The notes: generated from the letters alone by a model not told the origin. Numbered from the stretch's first letter, positions 33,428 through 42,927 are shown. The stretch: DNA of 64,000 nt from Candidatus Aenigmatarchaeota archaeon (GCA_016185435.1 JACPNN010000001.1:8956-72955); one strand, 5' to 3'. Numbers and translations: made by a program.

Positions 33428-35194
33428 ATGTGCGGCATAGTCGGGTATTGGGGCAGGAGAAACGCCGGCAGCATCCTGTTGCAGGCCATTAGAAATCTGG
33501 AATACAGGGGATATGATTCTGTAGGCATATGCACAAGCAATGGGGAAATTCTGGCGATAAGAAAGGATAAAGGAAAGGTTGAAGAAGTCAACGGAAGGCA
33601 CTCTTTGCATGAGATGACCGGTAATATAGGCATAGCCCATACCAGATGGGCAACGACGGGAAAGGTAACTAAGAAGAATGCTCATCCTCACACAGATTGC
33701 ACCAAAAGCATCGCTGTTGTGCATAATGGCATAATAGAAAACTATGAAAGGATCAGGGAACGGCTGAGAGCAAAAGGCCACGCATTCCAGAGCGAGACAG
33801 ATACAGAAACCATAGCCCATCTTCTTGAGGAGAACATACATTTGGGCATAGGACAGGCCATGATAAGCGTTGCAAAGGAATTGGAAGGAAGGAATGCGTT
33901 TGTTGCTTTGTTCGGGAATGAGGGCGTAATTGCCGGGGTTAGGAAAGGCTCCCCTCTTATTGTGGGCGTGGGGGGAGAGGAATATTTCGTAGCGAGCGAC
34001 ATACCTGCCTTTCTTGAACATACAAAGAAAGTGATGTATATAGACGATGGCCAGATGGTGGTCATAAACAATGGCATACATTTTTTCGACATAGACAGCC
34101 AGAAGAGTGTAGAAAAAAGGATTGTAGAGATAGTGTTAGACATGAAGCAGGCTGAAAAGGGCGACTATGAGCACTTCCTTATCAAAGAGATAATGGAGCA
34201 GAAGGAAACGCTGTTCAGGGCAATAAACCAGGATGAGGATGAGATAAGAAAATTCGCTGAGGAGATAAACCAAGCGTTTGGCGTCTTCTTTATCGGAGCG
34301 GGAACTGCAGGGAGGGTGGGTTTGATGGGCGAATATATCTTCTCAAAGATAGCCAAGAAACATGTCAATTTCGTTCTTGCCTCTGAATTTCCGAGTTATG
34401 AGCATTTCCTCACATCCAAGACACTTCTCATACCAATCTCGCAGAGCGGTGAGACTGCTGATGTTATGAAGGCGGTTGAAGTCGCCAAAAAAAAGGGGGT
34501 AAAGGTTGTCTCAATAATTAATGTCAAAGGCTCGACTCTGGACAGAATATCGGACCACAGCTTTCTGGTCAACTCAGGAATTGAAAAGTCTGTAGCAAGC
34601 ACAAAGGCAACTACAGGGCAACTTGCCATCGTTTTCCTTCTGGCATATGCCTGTGCAGGAAGGCTGGAGGAAGGGAAAAGACTGCTCATAGATACGGCAT
34701 CAGAAGTCAATGATATGCTGAATCCGAGGTATGAAGCCCACATAAAAAGGCTTGCAAAGAAAATAGGCCGAAGGGATCATATATACATAATAGGCAGAGG
34801 CCTGAATTATCCCGTGGCTCTTGAAGCTGCTATCAAAATCACAGAGGTCAGCTGTATACATGCTGAGGGCTTTGCAGGCGGGGAGCTTAAGCACTATTCA
34901 ATAGCTTTGATATCAGATGGCGTGCCTTGCATAGCGTTTGTAGCCAATGATGAGACAATGGCTGACATGCTGAACAACGCAGCAGAAGTTAAAGCAAGAG
35001 GAGGATATATAATAGGCGTCTCTCCTGAGAAGCATGAGATTTTCGATTACTGGCTGAAAGTGCCTGATGTAGGCAATACTTCACCGATAGTAAACATCAT
35101 ACCGGGCCAGATGCTGGCCTATCATCTGGGCCTGGAGAGGGGAATGGACATAGACTATTGCCGCAACCTGGCGAAATCTGTGACAGTATTGTAG
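33428..35194 (+). CDS. glmS: glutamine--fructose-6-phosphate aminotransferase (isomerizing)
   Basis: It has the N-terminal nucleophile MCGIVGY, GIAHTRWATTG, two SIS domains (ISQSGETADV) and a C-terminus ending in LAKSVTV. Confidence 0.92.
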   Translation: MCGIVGYWGRRNAGSILLQAIRNLEYRGYDSVGICTSNGEILAIRKDKGKVEEVNGRHSLHEMTGNIGIAHTRWATTGKVTKKNAHPHTDCTKSIAVVHNGIIENYERIRERLRAKGHAFQSETDTETIAHLLEENIHLGIGQAMISVAKELEGRNAFVALFGNEGVIAGVRKGSPLIVGVGGEEYFVASDIPAFLEHTKKVMYIDDGQMVVINNGIHFFDIDSQKSVEKRIVEIVLDMKQAEKGDYEHFLIKEIMEQKETLFRAINQDEDEIRKFAEEINQAFGVFFIGAGTAGRVGLMGEYIFSKIAKKHVNFVLASEFPSYEHFLTSKTLLIPISQSGETADVMKAVEVAKKKGVKVVSIINVKGSTLDRISDHSFLVNSGIEKSVASTKATTGQLAIVFLLAYACAGRLEEGKRLLIDTASEVNDMLNPRYEAHIKRLAKKIGRRDHIYIIGRGLNYPVALEAAIKITEVSCIHAEGFAGGELKHYSIALISDGVPCIAFVANDETMADMLNNAAEVKARGGYIIGVSPEKHEIFDYWLKVPDVGNTSPIVNIIPGQMLAYHLGLERGMDIDYCRNLAKSVTVL

Positions 35195-35231
35195 AATATC
35201 GGCACTTTGCGGACATTATGAGGGGACATAT

Positions 35232-36620
35232 ATGAAAATAGCGGTTATTGGTGGCGGAGGCATCTCTTCGCTGCTGTCCGGCTTAAAAGAGCATGACATC
35301 AGAGTTACTGCAATAGCCTCTGTATTTGATAGCGGCGGCAGCTCAGGGGGGCTTAGGGAAGAGATGGACATAGCGGCTGTTGGTGATATAAGGCAATGCA
35401 TTTCCTCGCTCTCCTCTCCGCAAACAGCGGGCAGGCTTGAGGAAAGGTTTTCTTCGGGAAGCCTTAAAGGCCATACTGCAGGGAACCTTCTCCTGGCTTC
35501 CTTGATTTACCTGCTTGGGGATGCGGGTAAGGCGGCTGATATGGCATGCGGCCTGTTCGATGTCAAAGGGGATGTGCTGCCAATCTCTGCCGACAAGTCA
35601 AGCCTTTGCGCGAAACTGGATGATGGAAGGGTGATAGCCGGAGAGGCAAACATAGACAAACCTGCAGGAGATGAAATATTGAAAATTGCCGGCGTATTTC
35701 TGGAGCCAAAGGCCATGATATTTCCAAAGGCGAGGGATGCGATAGAAGAAGCTGACGCGATTGTCATAGGCCCGGGAGATCTCTATACATCGCTGATACC
35801 CAATATGCTTGTGGAGGGGTTTCGGGAGGCCATAGGGAAAAGCAGGGCAAAAAAGATATATGTCTGCAACCTCTGGGGAAAAAGAAGCGAGAGCTATGGC
35901 TATACAGCCAGCATGTATGCAGATGTGATAGGAAAATATATGGGATGCATGCCTGATTATATTTTATGCAATACTGTGGCCGGGAAGACTGGGGGTGCCG
36001 TGGCTGTGGATAAGAAAAAACTGGCGGGGATGGGCATGAAGGTCATCGAGATGGAATTCCAGAAAGGCCTCGAGCATGACGGGAAAAAGCTTGCCGGATG
36101 CATCATGGACATTGCAAGGAAACATATGAAGCTGGTCATATTCGACCTTGATGACACGCTGTTCAGCAGGAGCTTGCAGATCAAAGGGCATCTGGAGGCC
36201 GACATTGAGAAAGAAATTGAAGATATCCGCCTGTTCCCCGGGGCAAAAGACGTATTGGATGCAAAAGGTTTCAGAAAGGCGCTGGTGACTAGCGGTGAGA
36301 GGGAAAGGCAGGAAAAAAAGATAAATGTGCTGGGAATAAGGGATAAATTCGACTGGATACTGATTTGCGAGAAGGATGAGGATAAGAAGGCGTGCTTTGA
36401 AAGGATAGCGGATAAATACGGGATTGAAAGGAACAATGTTTTTGTTGCAGGCAACAGGATCGACTCAGAGATAAGGCATGCTAATATGTTAGGCATGCAA
36501 AGCATCCTGTTTGTGCATGGGCTCTATTCAGACCTGGAGCCGAAGGACATTATGGAAATTCCGAAATACAAAATAAAGAAGCTTTCGGATATTTTGAAGA
36601 TTGTCCGCGTGAAAGTATGA
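35232..36620 (+). CDS. fusion protein: YvcK/CofD-family (UPF0052, GlmR-like) domain + C-terminal HAD-superfamily hydrolase domain
   Basis: The N-terminal part has KIAVIGGGGISSLLSGLK, FDSGGSSGGLREE, GDIRQC and GPGDLYTSLIPN. The C-terminal part has LVIFDLDDTLF (HAD motif I), the VTSG region and GNRIDSEI (motif IV-like). This is one continuous 462-aa ORF. Confidence 0.7.
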   Translation: MKIAVIGGGGISSLLSGLKEHDIRVTAIASVFDSGGSSGGLREEMDIAAVGDIRQCISSLSSPQTAGRLEERFSSGSLKGHTAGNLLLASLIYLLGDAGKAADMACGLFDVKGDVLPISADKSSLCAKLDDGRVIAGEANIDKPAGDEILKIAGVFLEPKAMIFPKARDAIEEADAIVIGPGDLYTSLIPNMLVEGFREAIGKSRAKKIYVCNLWGKRSESYGYTASMYADVIGKYMGCMPDYILCNTVAGKTGGAVAVDKKKLAGMGMKVIEMEFQKGLEHDGKKLAGCIMDIARKHMKLVIFDLDDTLFSRSLQIKGHLEADIEKEIEDIRLFPGAKDVLDAKGFRKALVTSGERERQEKKINVLGIRDKFDWILICEKDEDKKACFERIADKYGIERNNVFVAGNRIDSEIRHANMLGMQSILFVHGLYSDLEPKDIMEIPKYKIKKLSDILKIVRVKV

Positions 36621-37849
36621 AAGCTGTCATATTAGCCGGCGGGGGGAGCAGCAGGTTTTGGCCGCTGGCCGAAGGCGGCCATAAAAGCCTGATTCGCATT
36701 GCCGGGAAGACCCTGCTTGAGCACACTATCGAATCCTTAATAGGAAACGGGGTTAATGAAAGGGACCTGGTCATCGTTCACTCTCCGTCGAATGGGGGCC
36801 TGATTAAGGATGTTCTGAAAGAAAGAGAACTGGACTTTGCTGTGCAAAAGGAGCCCCTGGGGATGGGCAATGCCCTTGCCTGCGCGAAAGAAAACATCTC
36901 AGGCGAGTTTATCGTGACACATGCTCACCATTTCGATGCCGGGCATATCCTATCCTCATACCTGAGGCATATTAAGAATGGGCCGGCAGTGGCTGTTGTC
37001 AAAGGGGATGTTGCGGATTATGGAATGGTGACTGTTGGAAAGGGTTTCGCAAAAGGCATAGAAGAGAAGACAGGAAAGGCCAAGGTAGGGTATAGGGCTG
37101 TCGGATTCTACATCCTGTCCGAAGAGTTTTTCGGCATTTATGACAGGCAGAAAAAGCACGAGTATGATTTTGAGGCTGCCCTGTCCGAATACATGGAAGG
37201 GGCTGATATGAGAGTGATTGGGATGAAAGACAGCGTTACGCTGAAATATCCATGGCACCTTCATGACTGTGCGGCAAAGCTTCTGAAGAGCAGGAGCATG
37301 ATTTCCAGCGAAGCAAGGATTGCAAAAAATGCTGTCATTAAGGGAAATGTTGTTATTGATGCGGGAACATTTGTGAATGAGAATGCTGTCATTAAGGGGC
37401 CTGTATACATCGGGAGGGGCTGCATCATAGGCAACAATGCCATTGTAAGGGAAAATGCCGATATAGAAGAAGGATGCATTATTGGCGCGAACTCAGAGGT
37501 TGCCAGGAGCATTTTCCAGAAAGGCTGCAGCATCCATTCTGGATTTTTTGGAGACTCCATTTTTGATGCCGGCTGCAAGGCAGGCGCGGGCATGATAACA
37601 GCAAACAAGAGGATTGACAGGGGCCAGATAAGATGCGAGGTGAAGGGAAAAAAGATAGAAACAGGCAGGAAAAGGCTGGGGGTAATTGCCGGAAAGAATG
37701 CCAGTTTCGGCATCGGATGTGAAACGATGCCTGGCGTGCTGATTGGAAGCGATTGCTCTGCTTATCCGGGGAGCATTATAAAGGAGAACGTGCCTTCCGG
37801 CCATGAGGTAAGGACAGAGATAAAGCAGGTTCTCAGGAGAAGGGGTTAG
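36617..37849 (+). CDS. bifunctional sugar-1-phosphate nucleotidylyltransferase / left-handed beta-helix acyltransferase (archaeal GlmU-like)
   Basis: MKAVILAGGGSSRFWPL is the NTP-transferase G-loop. C-terminal hexapeptide repeats follow (IAKNAVIKGNVVIDAGTFVNENAVIKGPVYIGRGCIIGNNAIV...). The ATG overlaps the upstream stop (ATGA). Confidence 0.75.
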   Translation: MKAVILAGGGSSRFWPLAEGGHKSLIRIAGKTLLEHTIESLIGNGVNERDLVIVHSPSNGGLIKDVLKERELDFAVQKEPLGMGNALACAKENISGEFIVTHAHHFDAGHILSSYLRHIKNGPAVAVVKGDVADYGMVTVGKGFAKGIEEKTGKAKVGYRAVGFYILSEEFFGIYDRQKKHEYDFEAALSEYMEGADMRVIGMKDSVTLKYPWHLHDCAAKLLKSRSMISSEARIAKNAVIKGNVVIDAGTFVNENAVIKGPVYIGRGCIIGNNAIVRENADIEEGCIIGANSEVARSIFQKGCSIHSGFFGDSIFDAGCKAGAGMITANKRIDRGQIRCEVKGKKIETGRKRLGVIAGKNASFGIGCETMPGVLIGSDCSAYPGSIIKENVPSGHEVRTEIKQVLRRRG

Positions 37850-38298
37850 ATTCTGACAAGGGCCTGAAATGAGGGGAGGATATATAAAATGGCAATATAA
37901 TTGGCAGCAAAGCCCAAGACGCCAAGAATGGCTGCATGCTTCATTTCCATCTCCCTGAAAAACAGCTTTGAAAGGAGTATCCAGAGGAGGAGGAAACCCA
38001 GATTTATTCCGAGATAGCCAAGGGGCGCCAAAAGGCTCTGTATCACGCCTAATCTTGAAATCGCGTTGATTATGAACACGACAAGGAATGCATAGGCGGG
38101 GTTAGCGCCCTCGTGCCATTCTTTGCCGACAAGATAGAGAACAAGTGCAAGGAGCAGGCCGCTTACAATAGTGCTCAGGAGCAGGCCAATGCCGAACGAC
38201 AGCCACTCGCCGGGATTGGCCGATGTGGCGATGTCGAATATGGATTTTGGAATTCCTGTGAGCTGGAAAAGCGCGGGCAGCATTAAGGCTGGCATCAA
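37846..38298 (-). CDS. hypothetical integral membrane protein
   Basis: This is a 150-aa ORF with about 4 hydrophobic helices. No family was recognised. Confidence 0.45.
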   Translation of the reverse strand: MMPALMLPALFQLTGIPKSIFDIATSANPGEWLSFGIGLLLSTIVSGLLLALVLYLVGKEWHEGANPAYAFLVVFIINAISRLGVIQSLLAPLGYLGINLGFLLLWILLSKLFFREMEMKHAAILGVLGFAANYIAILYILPSFQALVRI

Positions 38299-38340
38299 TT
38301 AAATATCATAATATGCGGCTTAAAAAGCTGTCAGATTGCT

Positions 38341-38661
38341 TCAGGATTCCTCTGTTTCCTCTTCCTTTTTCTTCTTCTTGCCTTTCTTTTCCTTTTCCTC
38401 TTCCTTCTCAAGCTCTTTCTGCATCTTCATCTCATCAAGCTCAAGCCAGAACACAAACAAACCGACAAGTATCAGGAATGGGGGGATGAAGCCTGTGACG
38501 ACTATGATAAAATTGCTGAACCAGTTTATCTTGCTGACAACAGGTATTGAAAATCCTGGAACAAGATTGCTTCCCTTTCCTACTAAATAGCTCTCCACAA
38601 AAAGGCCGAAACCCACTGCTATCAGGAGAAGGCCTATGAATATTTTCACGCCTGCGTTCAT
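38341..38661 (-). CDS. small membrane protein with Lys/Glu-rich tail
   Basis: It has three hydrophobic segments followed by KMQKELEKEEEKEKKGKKKKKEEETEES. Confidence 0.4.
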   Translation of the reverse strand: MNAGVKIFIGLLLIAVGFGLFVESYLVGKGSNLVPGFSIPVVSKINWFSNFIIVVTGFIPPFLILVGLFVFWLELDEMKMQKELEKEEEKEKKGKKKKKEEETEES

Positions 38662-38809
38662 TTTTCCACCATAACTGATTGGATTCTATTTTATGGGTTG
38701 TGAAATTTAAATACGTTTCTTGAAGATTGGGGCCATATTGCTAATTATAGCATTACTGGATTCGGTAAAGAAAAGGTTAAAAAATTAAAAACAGGTTTTG
38801 TCTTCGGGC

Positions 38810-39649
38810 TCAAATCCCGAAAATGGCCTTTAGGGGCAGATAGCTGGAAAGGGAAAAGGAAAAATATCCTATAAGCATCAGGATGAGGGAGTGCTTGAAT
38901 CCAGCTGATATGCTGCCTTCTGATATTTTCCCTATGACAAGACCGGAAAAAAATCCCTGAACGAGCATGAACTGGAGAAAGGAGTTGCTGAACTGGCCTC
39001 CCATGGCATCAGAGGGTTCGCTTTTATTGATTATAAGGGCGGGTATAAGGAAGCTGTCTATCGCTATGAGGATGAAGATGAAGATGAAGAATATGAAGTA
39101 TATTGTCAGGGTCTGGCTCCTTATTGCGGCTTCTCTTTCTCTTTTCAACTTTTCTATTGTTGCAAGGGAGTCTATGACTGCCCCCAATGTTTCGGAAATT
39201 TTGCCGCCGACATCATAGGCCTCTATTACAGTATTGGCTGCCTTGGACACTGTTCTCGAGCCGACATTCTTTCCGAAGGATATGAAGGCCTTCTTGAAGG
39301 GTATGCCCCAGCTGACCTGCGAGGAAAGCGAAATGACATAAGGCGTCAGGTCGAAATAGCTCCTTTTAGAGCAATGTTCCAGGGCAAGGGGGAGTGTCAT
39401 GCCGCTGTCTATGGATTCTTTGAGATCCCTTATAAATTCGGTAAACTGCTCTTCGAGCCTCCTTTTCAGGTAATAATTCCTGTATACGACCAAACCCAAA
39501 GGCACAAATGCTATCAGAAATGACAGCAAAGCTGCTGTGGTCAACACATCCCCCTGCAGGCCTGCAAAAATTGAGATCAGGAATAAGGATATGCCTGCCA
39601 GGACAAAAACAGATTCTGATCTGTATCTCAATAAGGATTGCAGAGGCAT
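38810..39649 (-). CDS. orphan single-module T2SSF (TadC/FlaJ-like) membrane protein
   Basis: FTEFIRDLKESIDSGMTLPLALEHCSKRSYFDLTPYV...WGIPFKKAFISFG...IEAYDVGGKISETL is flanked by TM helices. Confidence 0.6.
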   Translation of the reverse strand: MPLQSLLRYRSESVFVLAGISLFLISIFAGLQGDVLTTAALLSFLIAFVPLGLVVYRNYYLKRRLEEQFTEFIRDLKESIDSGMTLPLALEHCSKRSYFDLTPYVISLSSQVSWGIPFKKAFISFGKNVGSRTVSKAANTVIEAYDVGGKISETLGAVIDSLATIEKLKREREAAIRSQTLTIYFIFFIFIFILIAIDSFLIPALIINKSEPSDAMGGQFSNSFLQFMLVQGFFSGLVIGKISEGSISAGFKHSLILMLIGYFSFSLSSYLPLKAIFGI

Positions 39650-39675
39650 ATAGAATATTATCCCAGCATGCTTAA

Positions 39676-39906
39676 CTAATCTTTATTCTTCAGCCTGGGC
39701 AGCCTCATAAGAAAGCCGCATTTTGGGCATTTCACATTGAATGGCCTTTTCCATGGCCTTATTTCATGCCCTGAATGGCCACAGTCAGGGCATTTATAAT
39801 CGACTTCAGCCTCATCGGAATCCTGCCTGACAAGCACTCTCATCACTCCCTCGGTGCCTTTTGTCCCTGCCAGCCTTCTGTTTGTTATATACCTGTAAAT
39901 TCCCAT
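39676..39906 (-). CDS. small zinc-ribbon protein
   Basis: CPDCGH...N17...CPKCG is a four-Cys arrangement in a 76-aa basic protein. Confidence 0.5.
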   Translation of the reverse strand: MGIYRYITNRRLAGTKGTEGVMRVLVRQDSDEAEVDYKCPDCGHSGHEIRPWKRPFNVKCPKCGFLMRLPRLKNKD

Positions 39907-39944
39907 AAGCTTAGTGATCCGGGGGGATTAATAAGTGTGCCAGA

Positions 39945-40637
39945 TCATTTGACGCTGCCATTAATCCTCGTATAATCCTCCGGGCTCCCTATATCTATCC
40001 ATTCCCCGCTGAAAACATAGCCGCAGACATTTTCCTTTTCCCTGAGCAGCCTTGGTATTACATGGTCTGTCAGGTTTACCATTCCCTTCTGCTCCGGTAT
40101 ATAACGGAATATCTCGGGCTGCATGCAAAATATCATGGTCCCTGCGAGATATTTCATTTCAGGCTTCTCATCGAATGCGATAATCCTGCCTGCGCTGTCC
40201 AGCTTATAAATGCCGTATCTTAATTTTTCCACAAGCTCGAAAATGGCTGCTGTCAGAATCGCCTTCCTCTTTTTATGGTACTTTATGAAATCTTTGAGAT
40301 TCAGCGCGCTGGTGAGGTTATCGCCTCCGAACAGCAGGAAAGTGTCATCTATCCTGTCCCTGATGAGATTCAGGCAGCCTGCTGTGCCTAAGGGGACTCT
40401 TTCCTCTGAATATCTTATTCTGACGCCGAAATCGCTGCCATCCCCGAAATAGTTTTTGATCTGATAGCCGAGATACCCTATCGATAAAATGATGTCGCTT
40501 ATGCCTGCTGACCTGAGGTGGCGTATAATATGCTCCAACAGGGGCCTTTCTTTGAAGGGCAGAAGGGGCTTCGGGACTACATATGTGTAAGGCCTCAGGC
40601 GGGTCCCTTTGCCTCCTGCAAGTATGACGGCTTTCAT
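39945..40637 (-). CDS. sugar-phosphate nucleotidyltransferase
   Basis: MKAVILAGGKGTRLRPYTYVVPKPLLPF is the G-loop, and GGDNL is present. Sugar specificity is not assignable by eye. Confidence 0.75.
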   Translation of the reverse strand: MKAVILAGGKGTRLRPYTYVVPKPLLPFKERPLLEHIIRHLRSAGISDIILSIGYLGYQIKNYFGDGSDFGVRIRYSEERVPLGTAGCLNLIRDRIDDTFLLFGGDNLTSALNLKDFIKYHKKRKAILTAAIFELVEKLRYGIYKLDSAGRIIAFDEKPEMKYLAGTMIFCMQPEIFRYIPEQKGMVNLTDHVIPRLLREKENVCGYVFSGEWIDIGSPEDYTRINGSVK

Positions 40638-40732
40638 GAATAATTATACAGACGGTTAAGGCTTTTATATGCAGTTCTGGGCTTCCATTTAAAGTATCGA
40701 CATAATAATGTATATTGGTTTCGGAGGGGGGT

Positions 40733-41923
40733 ATGATTAACTTAAGGATGGCTGAAAATGGGGAAATTTATCCCACTGATGCGGACAGCCAGGACAAGTT
40801 AAGCAAGAACTTCTTTGGGCAGCAGGCAGGAAGATGCGCGCTGAACATAGAGGAGGTGCTTTACCTCATCACGTTCCAGAATGCCTCGTGCTTCGATGAA
40901 AGCGGGAAAAAATATACGTTCAATGAGCTTGCCTCTGCCTTTTCCAAAACAGAGGCAAAGATTTTTGTGCGCTACAATGCCTACAGAGACTGGAGAGACA
41001 GGGGCCTTATCATAAGGAGGCTTGAAGACTTCAGAAGAAAGGCGGGAAACAATGCGGCAAAAAACTATCCGGTAAAAAAGCCGCAGTTTGAAAAAGCTGA
41101 TGGCGAAGCGGTATGGTACGGGGACAGCATGTTTTCTGTGATCGAGGATGATAATTTGGGCCAGCTGTTTTTTGAGAAATACTGGCTTGGCCAGTGGGGA
41201 ATATACAAGCAGCAGAGAGGAGGCTTATTGAAGATGAGTTTTCTGGAGACAGTGTATGCCAACAGGCACTTTGGAATAAAAATAAAGGATTCGATAACCG
41301 GAAAACATCTCACATACAGAAATATTCTGTCCGACCTCAAGAAAAAGAGGGAATATACAAGGCAGCTATATGAGGTTTACGAGAAGTGGAGGGACTGCGG
41401 GTATGTGGTCAAAACGGGCTTCAAATTCGGCAGCCATTTCAGGATATATTTCCCGGGCGCAAGCCCTGTAAAACAGGACAAATGGCTTCACAGCAGGCAT
41501 GTCCTGCATGTCTTCCCGGGGGAGGAGAAGCTCCTCATATCCGAATGGGCCAGGGTGGTAAGGGTTGCCCACAGCGTCAAGAAGACATTCATTCTTGCAA
41601 TACCCAAGCTGAAACCAACGGATTATGTTGAATATCCCAATCACTCCCTTTATCTGGCCTTCAGGAGGAAAAAGACAAGGGAAGGCTGGGTCAGGGAGAC
41701 AACAGAGGATGGGCCGCGCTACCTTCTGGCCGCAGTTTCAGAGGACGAGCATATAGGCGGGTTTGACCTTGCAAGCCTGCTGAAGAAAGGCTATGGGATG
41801 GGCCTAGAGGTTCTGCTTTCAATCACAGACAGGGAAACCAGCGTCACATATTACCTGCTCAAGAAGGTTCTTCTTGGGGATTCGGATTATGAGTACTATG
41901 AAATCGAATGGATAAAGCCGTGA
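40733..41923 (+). CDS. endA: tRNA-splicing endonuclease, fused multi-unit form (N-terminal partial unit + full catalytic unit + C-terminal structural unit)
   Basis: The central unit has YEKWRDCGYVVKTGFKFGSHFRIY (Tyr), HSRHVLHV (His) and VAHSVKKTFILA (Lys). The N-terminal region ends in YRDWRDRGLIIR without the catalytic part. The C-terminal region RYLLAAVSEDE...LLSITDRETSVTYYLL resembles a non-catalytic C-subdomain. GGAGG lies upstream of the ATG at 40733. Confidence 0.75.
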   Translation: MINLRMAENGEIYPTDADSQDKLSKNFFGQQAGRCALNIEEVLYLITFQNASCFDESGKKYTFNELASAFSKTEAKIFVRYNAYRDWRDRGLIIRRLEDFRRKAGNNAAKNYPVKKPQFEKADGEAVWYGDSMFSVIEDDNLGQLFFEKYWLGQWGIYKQQRGGLLKMSFLETVYANRHFGIKIKDSITGKHLTYRNILSDLKKKREYTRQLYEVYEKWRDCGYVVKTGFKFGSHFRIYFPGASPVKQDKWLHSRHVLHVFPGEEKLLISEWARVVRVAHSVKKTFILAIPKLKPTDYVEYPNHSLYLAFRRKKTREGWVRETTEDGPRYLLAAVSEDEHIGGFDLASLLKKGYGMGLEVLLSITDRETSVTYYLLKKVLLGDSDYEYYEIEWIKP

Positions 41924-41963
41924 ATTCTATGCATTCAATTCACTAAAGTTTCAGCAATTGCCT

Positions 41964-42833
41964 ATGGAACGCATCATACTCGTAAGATATGGGGAGATTG
42001 CCATCAAATCCAAGCCTGTAAGAAGGCTGTTTGAAAACATTTTGGTGGGGAATATCAGATCATCGCTCAAGGCAGGGAATGTGCAGTGCTCAGTCGAAAG
42101 GTCATTCGGCAGGATATTCATAAGGGCAGAGGAAATTGATGCTGCCTGCCGCATATTGAAAAAAATCAGCGGAATCAAGTCATACTCTGTCGCAGCAAGG
42201 GCTCATGCTGATATCGACAGGATAATAGATGTTTCCCTGAAATTAACGGAATCATGGACGCGGGGGGATAAGTTTGCGGTGAAAACCCATCGGGTTGGCC
42301 GGCATGCATTCAGCTCGGCTGATATCAACAGGGATGTGGGCGAAAAGATAAGGATGCGAGGCTTCACTGTTGATCTGAATTGCCCTGAAAGGAAGGTTTT
42401 CATTGATATAGAACATGATTGGTCGTATGTTTACGAGCGCAAGATCAGAGGCATAGGGGGCCTTCCTGTAGGCAGCCAGGGCAGGGTAATCGCCATTGTG
42501 AAAGATTATAAATCGATAATAGCCGCATGCATGATCTTCAAAAGGGGCTGCAGCATTATACCGATTTTCGTTGGCCTGAAAAAAGGCAGAAAGGAAGACT
42601 GCATTAAGCTTCTGGGAGAATACAGCAGCCGTCCGATCGTCTCATTCTATGAGATGCCAAAGATCCAGTGGAAAAAAATAGAAGAAATGGCCAATATCCA
42701 TAACGCATCAGCGATAGCCAGCGGGGAATACTATCCGATTCAGCGCAAAGGCAGCCTGCTTTTGTTTCCCCTTTCAGGCCTTTTGCCTGAGGACATGGCA
42801 AAACTGGAGGCGATATTCGGGCTTGGAGAATAA
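41964..42833 (+). CDS. ThiI-like NFLD+THUMP protein with degenerate, truncated PP-loop domain
   Basis: ILVRYGEIAIKSKPVRR.FE (ThiI N-terminus), the THUMP region FAVKTHRVGRHAFSS.DI and GIGGLPVGSQGRV are present. At the expected SGGIDS position the sequence reads VKDYKS. The protein is about 100 aa shorter than canonical ThiI. Confidence 0.6.
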   Translation: MERIILVRYGEIAIKSKPVRRLFENILVGNIRSSLKAGNVQCSVERSFGRIFIRAEEIDAACRILKKISGIKSYSVAARAHADIDRIIDVSLKLTESWTRGDKFAVKTHRVGRHAFSSADINRDVGEKIRMRGFTVDLNCPERKVFIDIEHDWSYVYERKIRGIGGLPVGSQGRVIAIVKDYKSIIAACMIFKRGCSIIPIFVGLKKGRKEDCIKLLGEYSSRPIVSFYEMPKIQWKKIEEMANIHNASAIASGEYYPIQRKGSLLLFPLSGLLPEDMAKLEAIFGLGE

Positions 42834-42927
42834 CTCTTCATATCCAATAAATGGCCTGCAGAGAAAATCCTTTGATGATTGCAGATCAGGCCCTGCACAA
42901 TATTAAGGGCTTTGCATAATAATTCTC

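Noticed and set aside
33416-34081. 221-aa minus-strand ORF overlapping the glmS 5' half, plus 33271..33633
   Set aside because: They are antisense to glmS, which has an unambiguous MCGIVG start and SIS motifs. No independent support exists for them.
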